Assembly: GCA_976226885.1 (NCBI GenBank)
Contig: OZ320313.1
Location: forward strand, 79,546,001-79,610,000
Direction: 5' to 3'
From: Iphione sp. A-MEVVRFRX5
Lineage: Eukaryota
DNA: 64,000 nucleotides
In this document: positions 37,183-48,979 of the stretch, piece by piece
Layout of the letters: every line of letters starts with the position of its first letter
Numbering within the stretch: position 1 is the stretch's first letter
Made by a program: the position numbers and the translations under genes
The notes under the pieces: model-generated
What the model was told of the DNA's origin: nothing
Databases searched by the model: none
What the model saw: only the letters and a program-made list of their open reading frames with translations

Positions 37183-39176
37183 TAGCCGGCACCTCCCCCG
37201 AGCACCCGCCTGACACCGGCCACAGCCGCTCTACCGATGAACGACCCCCTTGCATTGCCCCCGGACTAATCCCCGTGGCCCCCTCGACGGGCGACCACGA
37301 CGTCCACGATGACAATGACCCAATTGTCACAAGCATCAACAGCAGCTTCGACAACGACCTAGCTCCACTGCCGCAGCTCCCGTCGTCGCCAGACCCGCGG
37401 GACGTTGCGACGACTGCCCACCGCCCTAATCCCCGACTGTCAACAGTCAACCGCCCGTGGTTCACAGCCAGCCTGGCCCAGCATCGGGCCCGGACGTGGC
37501 CGAGGATTGCGACTGCCTGTGGTACCTCGGCAGCCGACACGTACCGCAGAGTCGCTAGACTTGGACACCCTAACACCCTCGGGGCTAGGATTACACTCCA
37601 ATCTGCGCTAATCCCTGCCCATTGGGATAGAGCGGCGTGCGGGCACAGCGAGGACACCCTAGTCCTTGACGGTATCCGCTATGGCTTTCCGCTCCACTAT
37701 GCGGGACCGCCTATTGACCGCAGGCAAGTCACCAACCACCCCTCCGCCCGCGCATTTCCCGACGCACTAAGGAAATACTTCGACGAGGAGGTTCGCCTGG
37801 GCGCCCTCATGGGACCCTTCCCCCACCCACCCTTCGATGAGTGGTGCGCCGTGGCCCCCCTAATGACCCGCCCCAAGTCGGATGGTACCCGCCGAGTCAT
37901 CGTGGACCTGTCCTACCCCCCCGACCACGCTGTCAACACATATGTCCAGAAAGGGTATATGTATGGCGTGGATAGGTCTCACACCCTCCCCACTGTCAGC
38001 GACCTCGTCGACCTAGTCAAGCACGCTCCGTCACCTGCATTCCTCGCTGTTGTCGACCTGAAGCGGGCATACCGGCATTTCCCGGTATGCCCCGCTGACT
38101 GGCCCCTCCTGTGCCTGACCTTCGAGGGAGCCTACTATGTCGATACTGCCTTGCCCTTCGGGGCAAGACTCAGCGCTATGGCCATGCAAAAGGTCGCGGA
38201 CTTCATCACCAGGCACCTGCAGTCTATTGGAGTATCCTGTCTGATGTACCTCGACGACTTGGTGATATACGCCCCCGACCACCGCAATGCTGCCGCACAC
38301 ATGACACGAGCGATCAAGTTCCTCGAATCCCTAGGCCTGACTGTGGCAAAGAACAAACTCCAGGGCCCTGACACCCAGGTAGTCTGGCTCGGGATTACTA
38401 TTGACACAGCACGGGCCACCCTCACCATTCCCCGCGCCAAGCTCCTTGAGTACCGTGACTACTTCCACCAAGTCATGTACCAACCCGCCCTGAGTACTAG
38501 CCAGGTACAGTCCGTGGTTGGCAGAGTCAACCACATGGCCAAAGCCATACCAGCGGCTAGGCTTTTCATGGCCAGGATCCTCGCGAAGCTGAGGCAGGGA
38601 GGTCAAGTTCACAGGGTCGACGACGACTTCCGCGCGGACCTCCGGTGGCTCCGGGATTTCTCGGAGGCACACAATGGGGTCGCCTTCTTCCCGCCGGACC
38701 ACCACCACAAGACCATCGAAGCAGACGCGTCACTGACGGGGGGCGGCGGCCACGACGGCACCTACTGCTACTCACTGGAATGGCCACCCAGCATCGCCTC
38801 GTCACACCATATCTCACAGCTCGAGGCGATGAACTGCCTGGCGGCCATCCGTGTCCTGGTTTCTGAGCAAGACAAAGGAAAACGGATCCAGCTGGTCTGC
38901 GACAATGCGCCCACCATCGACATACTGAGGTCCGGCCGCGCCCGCGATCCGGTTCTCGCCGCCTGTGCCAGATCCATCTGGTTCCACCTCGAGGCGGTAG
39001 GAGCGTTCCTGACACCAGAGCATCGACCGGGGTCAGAGATGACTCTCCCTGACGCACTTAGCAGGGAGTCCCTCTCAGACACCCACAGCCAGCTCGCACA
39101 ACACATCATCACCCAACACTCTATCACACGTATCACTGCACCAGCCTGGGTATTCGACTACTCATATCATCTCTAA
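37017..39176 (+). CDS. Ngaro ORF2, reverse transcriptase plus RNase H (true start uncertain; probably reached by -1 frameshift at 37158-37164)
   Basis: RT motifs YGFPL, RVIVDLSYP, DLKRAYRHFPV, ALPFG, YLDD, WLGITID; RNase H motifs ADASLTGGG, ISQLEA, CDN, PDALSR. Uninterrupted 719 codons. Confidence 0.95.
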   Translation: MRCVLAGSRQQRLPAHRHGMCQKGENGPRSEDRRYRQNQEEGHEARLKKRVIEGLVAGTSPEHPPDTGHSRSTDERPPCIAPGLIPVAPSTGDHDVHDDNDPIVTSINSSFDNDLAPLPQLPSSPDPRDVATTAHRPNPRLSTVNRPWFTASLAQHRARTWPRIATACGTSAADTYRRVARLGHPNTLGARITLQSALIPAHWDRAACGHSEDTLVLDGIRYGFPLHYAGPPIDRRQVTNHPSARAFPDALRKYFDEEVRLGALMGPFPHPPFDEWCAVAPLMTRPKSDGTRRVIVDLSYPPDHAVNTYVQKGYMYGVDRSHTLPTVSDLVDLVKHAPSPAFLAVVDLKRAYRHFPVCPADWPLLCLTFEGAYYVDTALPFGARLSAMAMQKVADFITRHLQSIGVSCLMYLDDLVIYAPDHRNAAAHMTRAIKFLESLGLTVAKNKLQGPDTQVVWLGITIDTARATLTIPRAKLLEYRDYFHQVMYQPALSTSQVQSVVGRVNHMAKAIPAARLFMARILAKLRQGGQVHRVDDDFRADLRWLRDFSEAHNGVAFFPPDHHHKTIEADASLTGGGGHDGTYCYSLEWPPSIASSHHISQLEAMNCLAAIRVLVSEQDKGKRIQLVCDNAPTIDILRSGRARDPVLAACARSIWFHLEAVGAFLTPEHRPGSEMTLPDALSRESLSDTHSQLAQHIITQHSITRITAPAWVFDYSYHL

Positions 39177-40093
39177 TTACAGATTACCACTACAACCAGC
39201 TCCTCATAGCCGCAGAAGCTAGGCAGCAGCAAGCGCGACGCCCGGGCACCATCAAGAACCGCCTATCGGCGCTGAGAGCTTATATTAAGTTCTCAGCGAG
39301 CTTCGGAGTCGCGTTCCGCCGGCCATCGCCTGCCCATATCTGTGCCTTCATCGAGACCCGTGCAGCGGTCTCCACGGCAGCCAGCGTTGCGAACACCATC
39401 AGCGCGCTGACAGCCCACTTCGAGGCTAAAGGGCGTGACACTACCCCGTGGCGCTCCCCGCTCGTGAAGAACGCGCTGGCGGCACTGCGCCTAGTCCCTC
39501 GGCCTCCGCCGTCAGCACGCCTACCTGTCGGCATCGAGAAGTTACGTCAGATCATAGCTCATCTTCAGGATGACCCCCAGCGACGCCCCCTGATTGCTGC
39601 GACACTGGTCCTCTTCTGGTCCCTGCTGCGCCAATCGAACTTGCTGCCGCAGAACATCAGGTCATTCGACCCCGATAGGCAAGTGCTCCGTCGTCACGTC
39701 GTCGAGTCCGCGGGCGGCCTCGACATCACCGTCGTATGGTCGAAGACACGGCAACACTTCCGCACCACACGCCACATCACCATCTTGGCGCGCGGAGACG
39801 ACCTCTGCCCGCTAGCAGCGCACCAACGCATGCTGGAGGGCAACCCGACACGGCGCAACTCCCAGGCGTACATCTGCTCGGAAGGGGGGGCGACCCCCCT
39901 CCCCCTCTCCTACGTGCGTCCGGCCTGGAAACGGGCCGTGGCCGCAGCTGGACTGGACCCGAGGGTCCATACGCTCCATGGACTAAGGCATGGCGGGACC
40001 CGACATGCCGCACATGCTGGGGTTCCCCTTAAGTCCATCCTCGCCCGCGGGGACTGGCGGTCTGCCGCAGCTCGTCGCTACCTACCACAATGA
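39062..40093 (+). CDS. Ngaro ORF3, tyrosine recombinase (stop-to-stop frame 39062-40093; no ATG before the catalytic core)
   Basis: Manual translation extends the tracked ORF upstream (GTIKNRLSALRAYIKF, SVANTISAL). Catalytic set R (LLRQSN), K (WSKT), HxxR (HGLR), W (GDWRS), Y (RRYL) is all present. Confidence 0.92.
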   Translation, partial: QGVPLRHPQPARTTHHHPTLYHTYHCTSLGIRLLISSLITDYHYNQLLIAAEARQQQARRPGTIKNRLSALRAYIKFSASFGVAFRRPSPAHICAFIETRAAVSTAASVANTISALTAHFEAKGRDTTPWRSPLVKNALAALRLVPRPPPSARLPVGIEKLRQIIAHLQDDPQRRPLIAATLVLFWSLLRQSNLLPQNIRSFDPDRQVLRRHVVESAGGLDITVVWSKTRQHFRTTRHITILARGDDLCPLAAHQRMLEGNPTRRNSQAYICSEGGATPLPLSYVRPAWKRAVAAAGLDPRVHTLHGLRHGGTRHAAHAGVPLKSILARGDWRSAAARRYLPQ

Positions 40094-40097
40094 CTTT

Positions 40098-40323
40098 GGC
40101 GCACATGCCATACACACACACACACACACACATACCGACGACACGCTCGCTCACACCTTGCTCACACCCGCCACACTGAGCATACACACACCTTGACATC
40201 ACAGACGTCGCTCAATTAGCGCTGATTATTGATTGTTACTACTACCTTGCCTGATGTTCACCTGTTCCTTACTTGTCTTAAGAAATAAATGTTCTCCACT
40301 GCACGTCTCGACTTGTTGTAATG
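40098..40323 (+). repeat. Split direct repeat B1 (226 bp), matching B2 at 40462-40685 (224 bp)
   Basis: Identical except for one CA unit in an internal (CA)n; each copy has AATAAA (40284, 40646). Confidence 0.95.
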
Positions 40324-43300
40324 GGTCCACGTGACGTTTGGTCACGGGGCGTCATTACCCAGAGCGTGCAGTGACCTCAGTTCGCGTCCAACCGTCGAAC
40401 TGAGCGGATTGCCACCCACCCGCCCTACAATTTTACCTGCTGGTCTACTGACCTGCAATAGGGCGCACATGCCATACACACACACACACACACATACCGA
40501 CGACACGCTCGCTCACACCTTGCTCACACCCGCCACACTGAGCATACACACACCTTGACATCACAGACGTCGCTCAATTAGCGCTGATTATTGATTGTTA
40601 CTACTACCTTGCCTGATGTTCACCTGTTCCTTACTTGTCTTAAGAAATAAATGTTCTCCACTGCACGTCTCGACTTGTTGTAATGTAGATCATAACCAAA
40701 CTAGCAACAGCCAGCCTCATACAACAGAGAGCACCAATCGAATTTACCTCCGCTGCCATAAGCGTGCATCGACTTGTCTGGACAGACCTACTGATATTTG
40801 GCAGCTCTCGAGGAGGTTCCTAGCCAAACACACCGTTATTCTCTCTAAAACGAACCAGACTAAATCAATTACGTCACATCTGTAGGATATGCAAGGGTGA
40901 TGATTCTCTCTATGAAGCGCAGAGGAGCTTTGGGTCGGCCTCTGGACATATTCATATCCTCCGAAGTCGAGATATAGAATACCATAATGCCGAAACGAGT
41001 CAACTTTACATATTTCGGGCCACTTTTCAGGACATCGTGTGTAGGCAATTCCTCTCTTTAAGTTTCGTTGAATTTACACATGCTTAATATGTTGATTATA
41101 ACATAGATGGTTTGATAAGGTAGGTTTAATATGTATCCACTGTCCACGCTAAGAGACCCACTGATGTGATTTTGTAACAACCCATAACTAAGGATAAAAC
41201 GAAGCTAATCACATGCCTCTGTAAGTTATGCTAACGGATCCGTTAGCATTTCTTGAATGTGTCCAGAATGAGTATTTATGCAAATGGATGCATTTCTCCA
41301 TAGGAAAACACTACAGGAGGACATCTGGTAAATATGTGGTTGTCATTATCCACGCCAAAATCATCTGTGAATAATGTTAATGGACCCATTTGCGTAATTT
41401 TCAGATACATGTGAAACCCGCCTAACGATGCTTTTACGTCAAGTGTAAAGTGTTTTTAGAGGTAGAAAATTCAATAAGTCGACAACAGCCTTTCTATGTT
41501 GACTGGTTTCATGCTGCGAGTACATGGACTTATACCAGGACATCAGACGTCATTTCGGTTGGCTGCAGTGTCCTACCGGACTTGCTGTCGCTATTTTACA
41601 AGCGTTACTTCCACTGGAACGACAGTGACTGGTCCGTAATGCTATAAACAGGTGCAATACCATACAGAAGACCAGGTAACCCCACTACACCTCGCACTGA
41701 TTCAACTGTCAATATATATTAAGCCTCCGGCATGCTTTCGTGTTCGAATCTGAACTGACAGGCTGACAGGGGAAATCCTCCGTGACGCACACAAATCTGA
41801 CAGAGACTTGCTCGTTTCCCAATGATTGGATCCATTGTGAGATTGCCACGATGAAATATGCCACATTTGCGCGGATTTCTATGTCCACATCTGTGGAAAT
41901 TCTAGAATGATGCCCAGCATCAAATGTATCTATTCGAACGGCTAGGTTTACGGAGTGAATGACACAACACCGCGAAAAGTGAGGGATAAACATTAATTCC
42001 GCTACGATATATACGTAACAATGCATGCCTTGTTAAGAGACTATTAAAAAAATGCTGCTTCTCACGCGAATTCATTCCTTCTCGGAAGTCATCAAACCTG
42101 CTCTTCCCTAAAAAAAAACAAAACACGGCGATGTTAATAGCCTGCAGCTTGTCCGAGCCTTTCCAATGTAGAGTGGATTATCAATCCGATGAAGTGTTCG
42201 GCACACGACAGACAGCCATCCTGGCACAACGATTAGTGGCAAGACGAAGTCATGCTCATGTGCCTCTTCATCAAATGGCGAGGCTCCATTGTGTTCTCGG
42301 ATGACGTGCATGACTAGGCGCCATCCCACACAGCTCGCCCAACACGCCCAGACGACATGCGGACCGCATCTTCTATCAAATGCAGGACTGACTACGGTGC
42401 TTTTATAATGCATTTATATATACATGTACATATACTTATGCAGGCGTGCGTATGTACACGTAAATATATATGTACATGTTACAAAAACGGACCCTAGAGT
42501 GTAGCAGACTATTGTTTGTACACAATCAGGAGTACGCCTTTTGTTGTTGCTGTTGTTGTTGTTGCACACTTTGTTCATGCTGAATAAACGTAGAAACAAA
42601 TCTCTTGTTGACCTCATTTCTTCGTAAATATGCCCTGCCGGAGTACATGTAACATTTTTTCGATAAATGTGTATGGCGAAAGATTGTGCGCGTTTGTCTC
42701 TTTACACTTTACAGGGATTTTTTCATGACCTGAACGAAAGACGTACTGTACCCATCATTCAGTAACTTAACATAGCGATCTGAAGAAGGCTAAGTCATTA
42801 TGATACTCTCCACAACGGATCTGACTTTTAACATTTTGTATTGATAATGAAATACTTGTCCCATCTCCCTGTATTTAGAGCAGTACTGTGCTGTAGTGTA
42901 CACACATGCACGGATAGGTATTCATATAAGAGCGTTCCTTGTTAACTGCGCAGAACCAACTATTGGCTCCAAACATGGGTACCTTCGCTACTCTTGCTGA
43001 CCGGACCGTTGCGATATGGACCCGTACCACGCCAGGGGTGTCTTGGGGAGGCTATACTTCGACCGGGAGACCTCGTACTTGGCAGAGCAGGGACAAAGCC
43101 CGCCCTTACAATCGAGCAGCTCAGTGGGTAAATCAGTAACGCTCGGCGGCCACTGTCACCATCAATCGCCTCACAGAAAGCGGGCGGGCGGCTGGACCGG
43201 GGGCCAATTGATGGCAGCCGGCTCTCAGGCTTCCAAAGCCACCCCTACCTCCCGACTATCAGGTATGTAGCTGCACACTGTCACCTTTGCAGACACGTGG

Positions 43301-46300
43301 CTGATTGGTGGGGCTGTATATCATCTATGTATGCGGTGGCTTCCAAAAAAAAACTCTAATAAATACAGCACAATCTACGTGAATACAAAAAAGGTGGATC
43401 GGTGGAACGTGGCTCTTCAGTAAACGTTTGGAAATGATGGAGAACGTAGACCGTATGGGATACAAGTAATATACAGGATGAACGCACGTATGACACTTAA
43501 GTAATCAGCATACTTACAGAGCGGATCATACAGAGGTACGGCTGAGGAAGTATATGAATTAACGACCCATAGCCCAACACTATCATATGTATATATATGG
43601 CAGTGTGATGAGAAAATAATTTCGCACCCACGAAACACAACTGAAGGTGTTTCAGAATAACACCTTTCGATAGACACGCCCTTCCGTTTAAATAAATCGA
43701 ATAACACCTTTCTAATAACACGCCTTTCCATTTCAATGAAGCGAAATATCTATAATCATACTTTAATGAACTTAAGTATCGGTCCTTCAAAACAACCCAT
43801 TGCAGGTAGCAATGAAATGGACGGTCCTGGAATGACGTCAACTGCTTTTCATCCAAATTTAACAGCAATATTCCCGATCTCCGCCTGAATATAAATCTGA
43901 ACTTCCGTTGACAATATGAAACTGTGAAAGAGTATGGGCCTATGATACTTTGGCCCGGAAGATTGGCTTTGTTCGCTGAGGAGCTTCAGTCCGGACTTTC
44001 TATCTGTCGGTGCTTTCTACCGCTAGGCAGCGCCACCGTCGCCCCACCGGTACAGACCGGAACTCATGAAACTGGCCGAAGTCGCCCACAGAGGCTACGA
44101 CCTTAGAGAGCAAACCGGGAGAGACGAACTGAGGAAAATTGATCGGTCGTGGGTGTTTTCCCTATTTATTCCAACCCGCTCGAGTAAAACACGAATTCTT
44201 TCGGAGAGCAAGAAACCTGACCAAGGTTAGTGCCCCTGTATGTATCATGTGACACTAGAAAATTCCAAAAACCAATTTCGCGATAAAAATTTTAGATCAA
44301 AGAAATACGAAACTATATGGGATAAAACACAAGGCTGCTCATATTTGTCCTCTTGCATCATGTCAAGAATGAATTTAAAACAAGCTATTAAAAATCGAGT
44401 TGCACGAAAAAGTAAAGCGTAAATATAAACATGTGACGAGCGGACTGCAGTATGGAGGTAGCAGGAATACTTAAACAATGCTGCAAATATCTAACATAAC
44501 TTTTAATGGGCCCTTTGCAACGACATGGTAAATCATACATGTATTTCTAATTTCCCGCTGGACCACTATTAGCATTTCATTACATATGGTCAACGTTTTA
44601 ATTTAGAGTAAGATTAATTTCTGCTGCAATGGAAACTTGAGTTTACAGAATGGTTAGTTGGTAACACAGTCATCTTCACGGGCACCATGTATGTGTTTGT
44701 GCTTTGCTTCCTCACAATCTCTTATTCTTACTGTTGACTATAGGGTAGGGACGGCAAAACTAATCATCAACCTTCAAATCATGACTGTGATGTGAGTCTG
44801 TGATGATTACACCAAATTGAAAATACATGTATATTTATATATATATATACTACAAATAGCCACTATATAAAAACCTGACTATCATCTGTAATTCAAGCTA
44901 CTTTGTTTTCAATCCATGACATCTCTGTTAAACGACAGGTCCTTTACAGGCGAACATTGTGCAAATAGCCTTACTGATCTCAATACGAAAAGTAAAGACT
45001 TTTGGGCAGGACAGCCTTTAGACAGATCCAAAGACTGGCATCCCTTAGGCTGAGCTGCTCTTTGTATGGGACTCATTACCTGCTGATTAGTTCCGGACAG
45101 CTGCCAGGTGTAAGTGAGCTACAAGTCATGGCCGACAATGGGTACCAAGTGCTTGCCAAACCAGCAATCCACTCAGACTACTGGCGCCGGCCCGGGGCCT
45201 AGACTCGAGACTGGGACTCGTGGGAGGGCCTGATCATTTCCTGCCTGGAGTCAAGCCATCCCTGGGTTCCTGGCTCTTAGTTCTCTCATGCCAGCAAAGG
45301 ACGGAACCTGCAGGTGACTGTGCAGAGGAGCTACTCACAGCTACCGGATGGCACTGGCGTGCAGCAGCCAGGGCGACGTGCCTCTGATGTAGGTAGCTCG
45401 TTAAGGAAGTGATCGGTAATCACATAGGCCAGCGTTTCTACACGTACCACGGCCGTCATCTGAGGTGAATTAATGTTTAATTGGCCGCAGCCGAATGATG
45501 AGATTCCATACATTTTCATTCTGCCGACTTGTCGTGTGTCGTATCAGGAAGTGACCCCACACTGGAAGCATGGCCCACTGACATGGGCAGTAGTAGAACA
45601 TGACAGAGCGGCTAATGCTAAATATGTGTGATCCCTCCATAAAACTGCCTCCCTCAGGAATGGCTAGCGTGTTCCACATTTGTATTGGTCCTATCTCTTC
45701 TTTCTACATTTCACTATTGTTCTTATATCCAAGGTTATATAAAACCGGTAGGAGCGCTATAAAGGTTGATTCATACTTGTACCTCAGCCATAACCTCAAC
45801 AAATAAATGCTATAATAGATTAAACCTGATTGTGGAACTCGCCCCAGCTGTTATAGACCTCAAGAAAGAGACCAAATGACTGGAGTACATACAATATAAA
45901 TGTAAATGACTAGGCTGGCGACAGCTTGCTGAGCCCACTAATTTGCAGGCCTCATTCAGGTCAATGATCAATACCTCGGCGATCAATGTCAAGTCGCTCC
46001 GCCAAACCTCTTACTAAGTGTGCTTTTTCAAATAGTGCTGCCAGATAATAAGACGTTTTCCTACATTTGCTAAGTGTCAGCTTTAGAGATAAAATGACAT
46101 CATTGTGTCGATAATGGGTGTCTTATGTAGGCTTTGTGCTCACTTCAAAATGCCCCAGCGGAAATAAATAAAGCTATTTTGTCCCGGGAGATTAAAGCGG
46201 CAGCCCCATACACCAGCCTGCCCGCTGTCACCTGCTTTGATTAGCCTTTCGGGAAGCAGCCTAAATCACGTTCCTTTCTGTTCAAGGGTGTCTGCGACAG

Positions 46301-48269
46301 TATCGCTGCATCCGCAGGCTAGGGGTCACCCTTATCGGGCGTCACACCCGCCGGCAAAAAGCGCCATCCCAAGTAATTACATGTAGTTCTGTTAATCGGT
46401 GTCATCAACGCCGCTACAAATGCTACTAAGTGGTCATGGCATTTCGCCATACTTCCGTGGCTCTTTTAGCTCACATTTTATCGTTAAACTGGAATCCACA
46501 CGCCCTACACATCATTCGATACTTCTTCGGACCAATCTTTTTCCTTACTACCCATGAGAGGTACTACTGTCAGCAAAACAAAGTTATATAAAGGTACCGT
46601 TTCACAGGTACGGATGAATACAACTGAATCAGTTTAAATGTGTTTCGCCCGCTAAAATATCTATTATCCTTGAAATGACAGCAGTGGGCAGATGTCTACA
46701 AAAAAAATATAGCATACATACAGAGACTTGCTTAGGACCTGCACGGCAATGTGGTCCCACCTTCGGATCATGAGGTACAGTCAACAGCCTCTAGGTCCAA
46801 TTTCAATGTCCCACTGTGCCGTGTCCGACCACGCGTACAGTCACTGCTCATTAATTTCATGCACACGGATCCCAACGGACAGTAGTATACAAAAGAAGAC
46901 TTTGGAGAAGGCTATGTTCTACACATATTTTAACACATTTCCTCAATGTTGTGTACACATCTGTGCACATATCTGCACAAATTGCTGTTTTTAGCATTTT
47001 TTCCCATCAAATTCACCGTTTTGAGAACTTTTCCCTGGCGAAAATGCCATTTTTAGTGCCTCTTCCCATCGAATTTGCCATGTTTCGTGCCTATTCCTGC
47101 CAAATTCACAATTTTTAGTGCCTTTTCCCCATTATTCAATTCAGGCTCATAACACACCCCTTTGCTTTGGTATTCACGAGGCTGCGTGACAAAAAACACG
47201 CACAGTGATGCACGCGGATGCCTGACGCAGCCCCACGGACACCAATGCAGGTAAGGAAACTGGGCGTAACTGGTAGGAGTATTAAGGGTAGGCGTGGGAA
47301 CAGAAGGCGGACTATAAGTAAACAGATGTAGGAAGAAGGAGAAAGGGGTCGGAGTGGAAGCAAGAACAGGAGTAAGGTCGAGCATAAGCGAAAGTGTAGG
47401 ACGAGCAAGGAGTTACAAATAGGAGTAGGAATGGGAGACAGGAGACACTTAAGATATTCAGTCGACACCCATCAGTCTCTGCAGGATGGGATATGTCCTC
47501 GTCAGCAACTGAACAGCAAGTGAAGCAGTCGCCCTAACCCTATCAACGCTTGACGAACCAGCCCCATCCCATTCTTAAAAGTGGAATATCTAGATCCTTC
47601 AGGTAATTTAGGTATAAACAAAAGGTGTTTCAAGGCTGCGTTTATGCAAGTATGACCTGTAACAACTGAAGTGGCCATGATAATTTGAACATCTATAATG
47701 AGAATATATGAGAGTAAATCAATCAGTAAACTTAAAGCCTCTTCTAAAGTTTTAAAATGAACAACAATATTGTTCAGATGAAGAAAGGGTAAGACATGTA
47801 CATGTAATATGTAAGTACATGTACATAAATCTCATGCATTTTAAAGGCCTGATATAAACACAGTAGCAAGAAGCGGTGAATACTGCACAGATGAGTACAT
47901 TTTGACTGAATGAAGTGCCTATCGTACAGATTTCAAACATTTCATTTTCTTACCACTCTGTGTTAAGTTCTACCTGATGTCGCCGTCATTCATAGGGGAA
48001 ACTGAGCGACGAAGAAAGGTTAAGATATATCTGTTAGTTTAACTTGAATTTCATTGAGCAACAATATCATCACATTCTTTTTCAATAGAAGTTCTTCGGC
48101 ACTATTCAGTTCGACAGAACTTATTGGAAGCTTTATAGAAGGAAAGTAATTAACGTTCTTTTTTTCACTGAAAGACTGTAAATAAATTCTATGAATGCAG
48201 TTTGGAAGTGCGCGTGCAGTAATATACATGTGTTTTGTCTGTCTAAAATGTCTGCTTAGCATGGAACAC

Positions 48270-48470
48270 TGCAATTTAAGTCATAACTGTGTAAATTGTG
48301 GTTATTTGCCTAAATTTCTTGAAACTGAGCGATAAATGTGTACAATTTGCATTTTTAGGGCCTGTCTTGAAATAAGTTAGTACTACGTAAAATGTGCAGT
48401 TTTCTTTGTAAATTTCTCAAAATTAAGTCATAATTGTGTAAATAATGCAGTTTTTATGCAAAAATTATAC
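48270..48470. repeat. Degenerate AT-rich tandem array related to 63475-63560 (dispersed repeat family)
   Basis: Both loci share aaatttcttgaaa, cttgaaactgagc and aattgtgtaaat words. Confidence 0.5.
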
Positions 48471-48979
48471 CAATTATGCTGCTATAATAAATCTCTTAGC
48501 CAAAGCCTGACCCTAAGCGTGATTTTTCTATGTACTAGTGCATTTCAAGCAGCTATATACTGCGCAGTGCATGAAATTTACAGCTATCCCCCCTTTTGGA
48601 CATGACCAAGGCATACACCAAAAATATGCATGCATGCACCGGACCCATGGAAGACAGCAGTCTTTTCATATATGATGGTTATTTCCAACATGCACACTGC
48701 CCGCAAGCATGCACGAACCAGGCATTTGGGGAAAAAGAACCAAAATTGGTGCGATGTGAGGCAACGTGATGTTTTTTGTAAGGCATGTATACTAGGATCA
48801 GTGAAGAAGCATTCTGACATTATGTCCCCTCGCCTCACCTTAAAGTTAGGTGAAAGAAAGTAGTAGACCATCAACCAGTATTTTCTTCACCAGGTGAAAA
48901 GCAAACAGTGCAGCTATTGCTGACTGCCAGCTGAACAAATGCAACCTACAATTACCCATCAGATAAGCAATGAGCTGAT

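Larger units (their letters stand above)
35729..40685 (+). mobile_element. Ngaro-type (DIRS order) tyrosine-recombinase retrotransposon, apparently intact, 4957 bp
   Basis: gag-like ORF, RT/RNase H ORF, YR ORF and split direct repeats in the order A1-ORFs-B1-A2-B2. No methyltransferase domain after RNase H, which fits Ngaro rather than DIRS1/PAT. Confidence 0.93.

Noticed and set aside
40098-40685. Repeat-spacer-repeat pattern as a CRISPR array or LTR pair
   Set aside because: Eukaryotic context, only two copies of each repeat, and fully explained by Ngaro split direct repeats.
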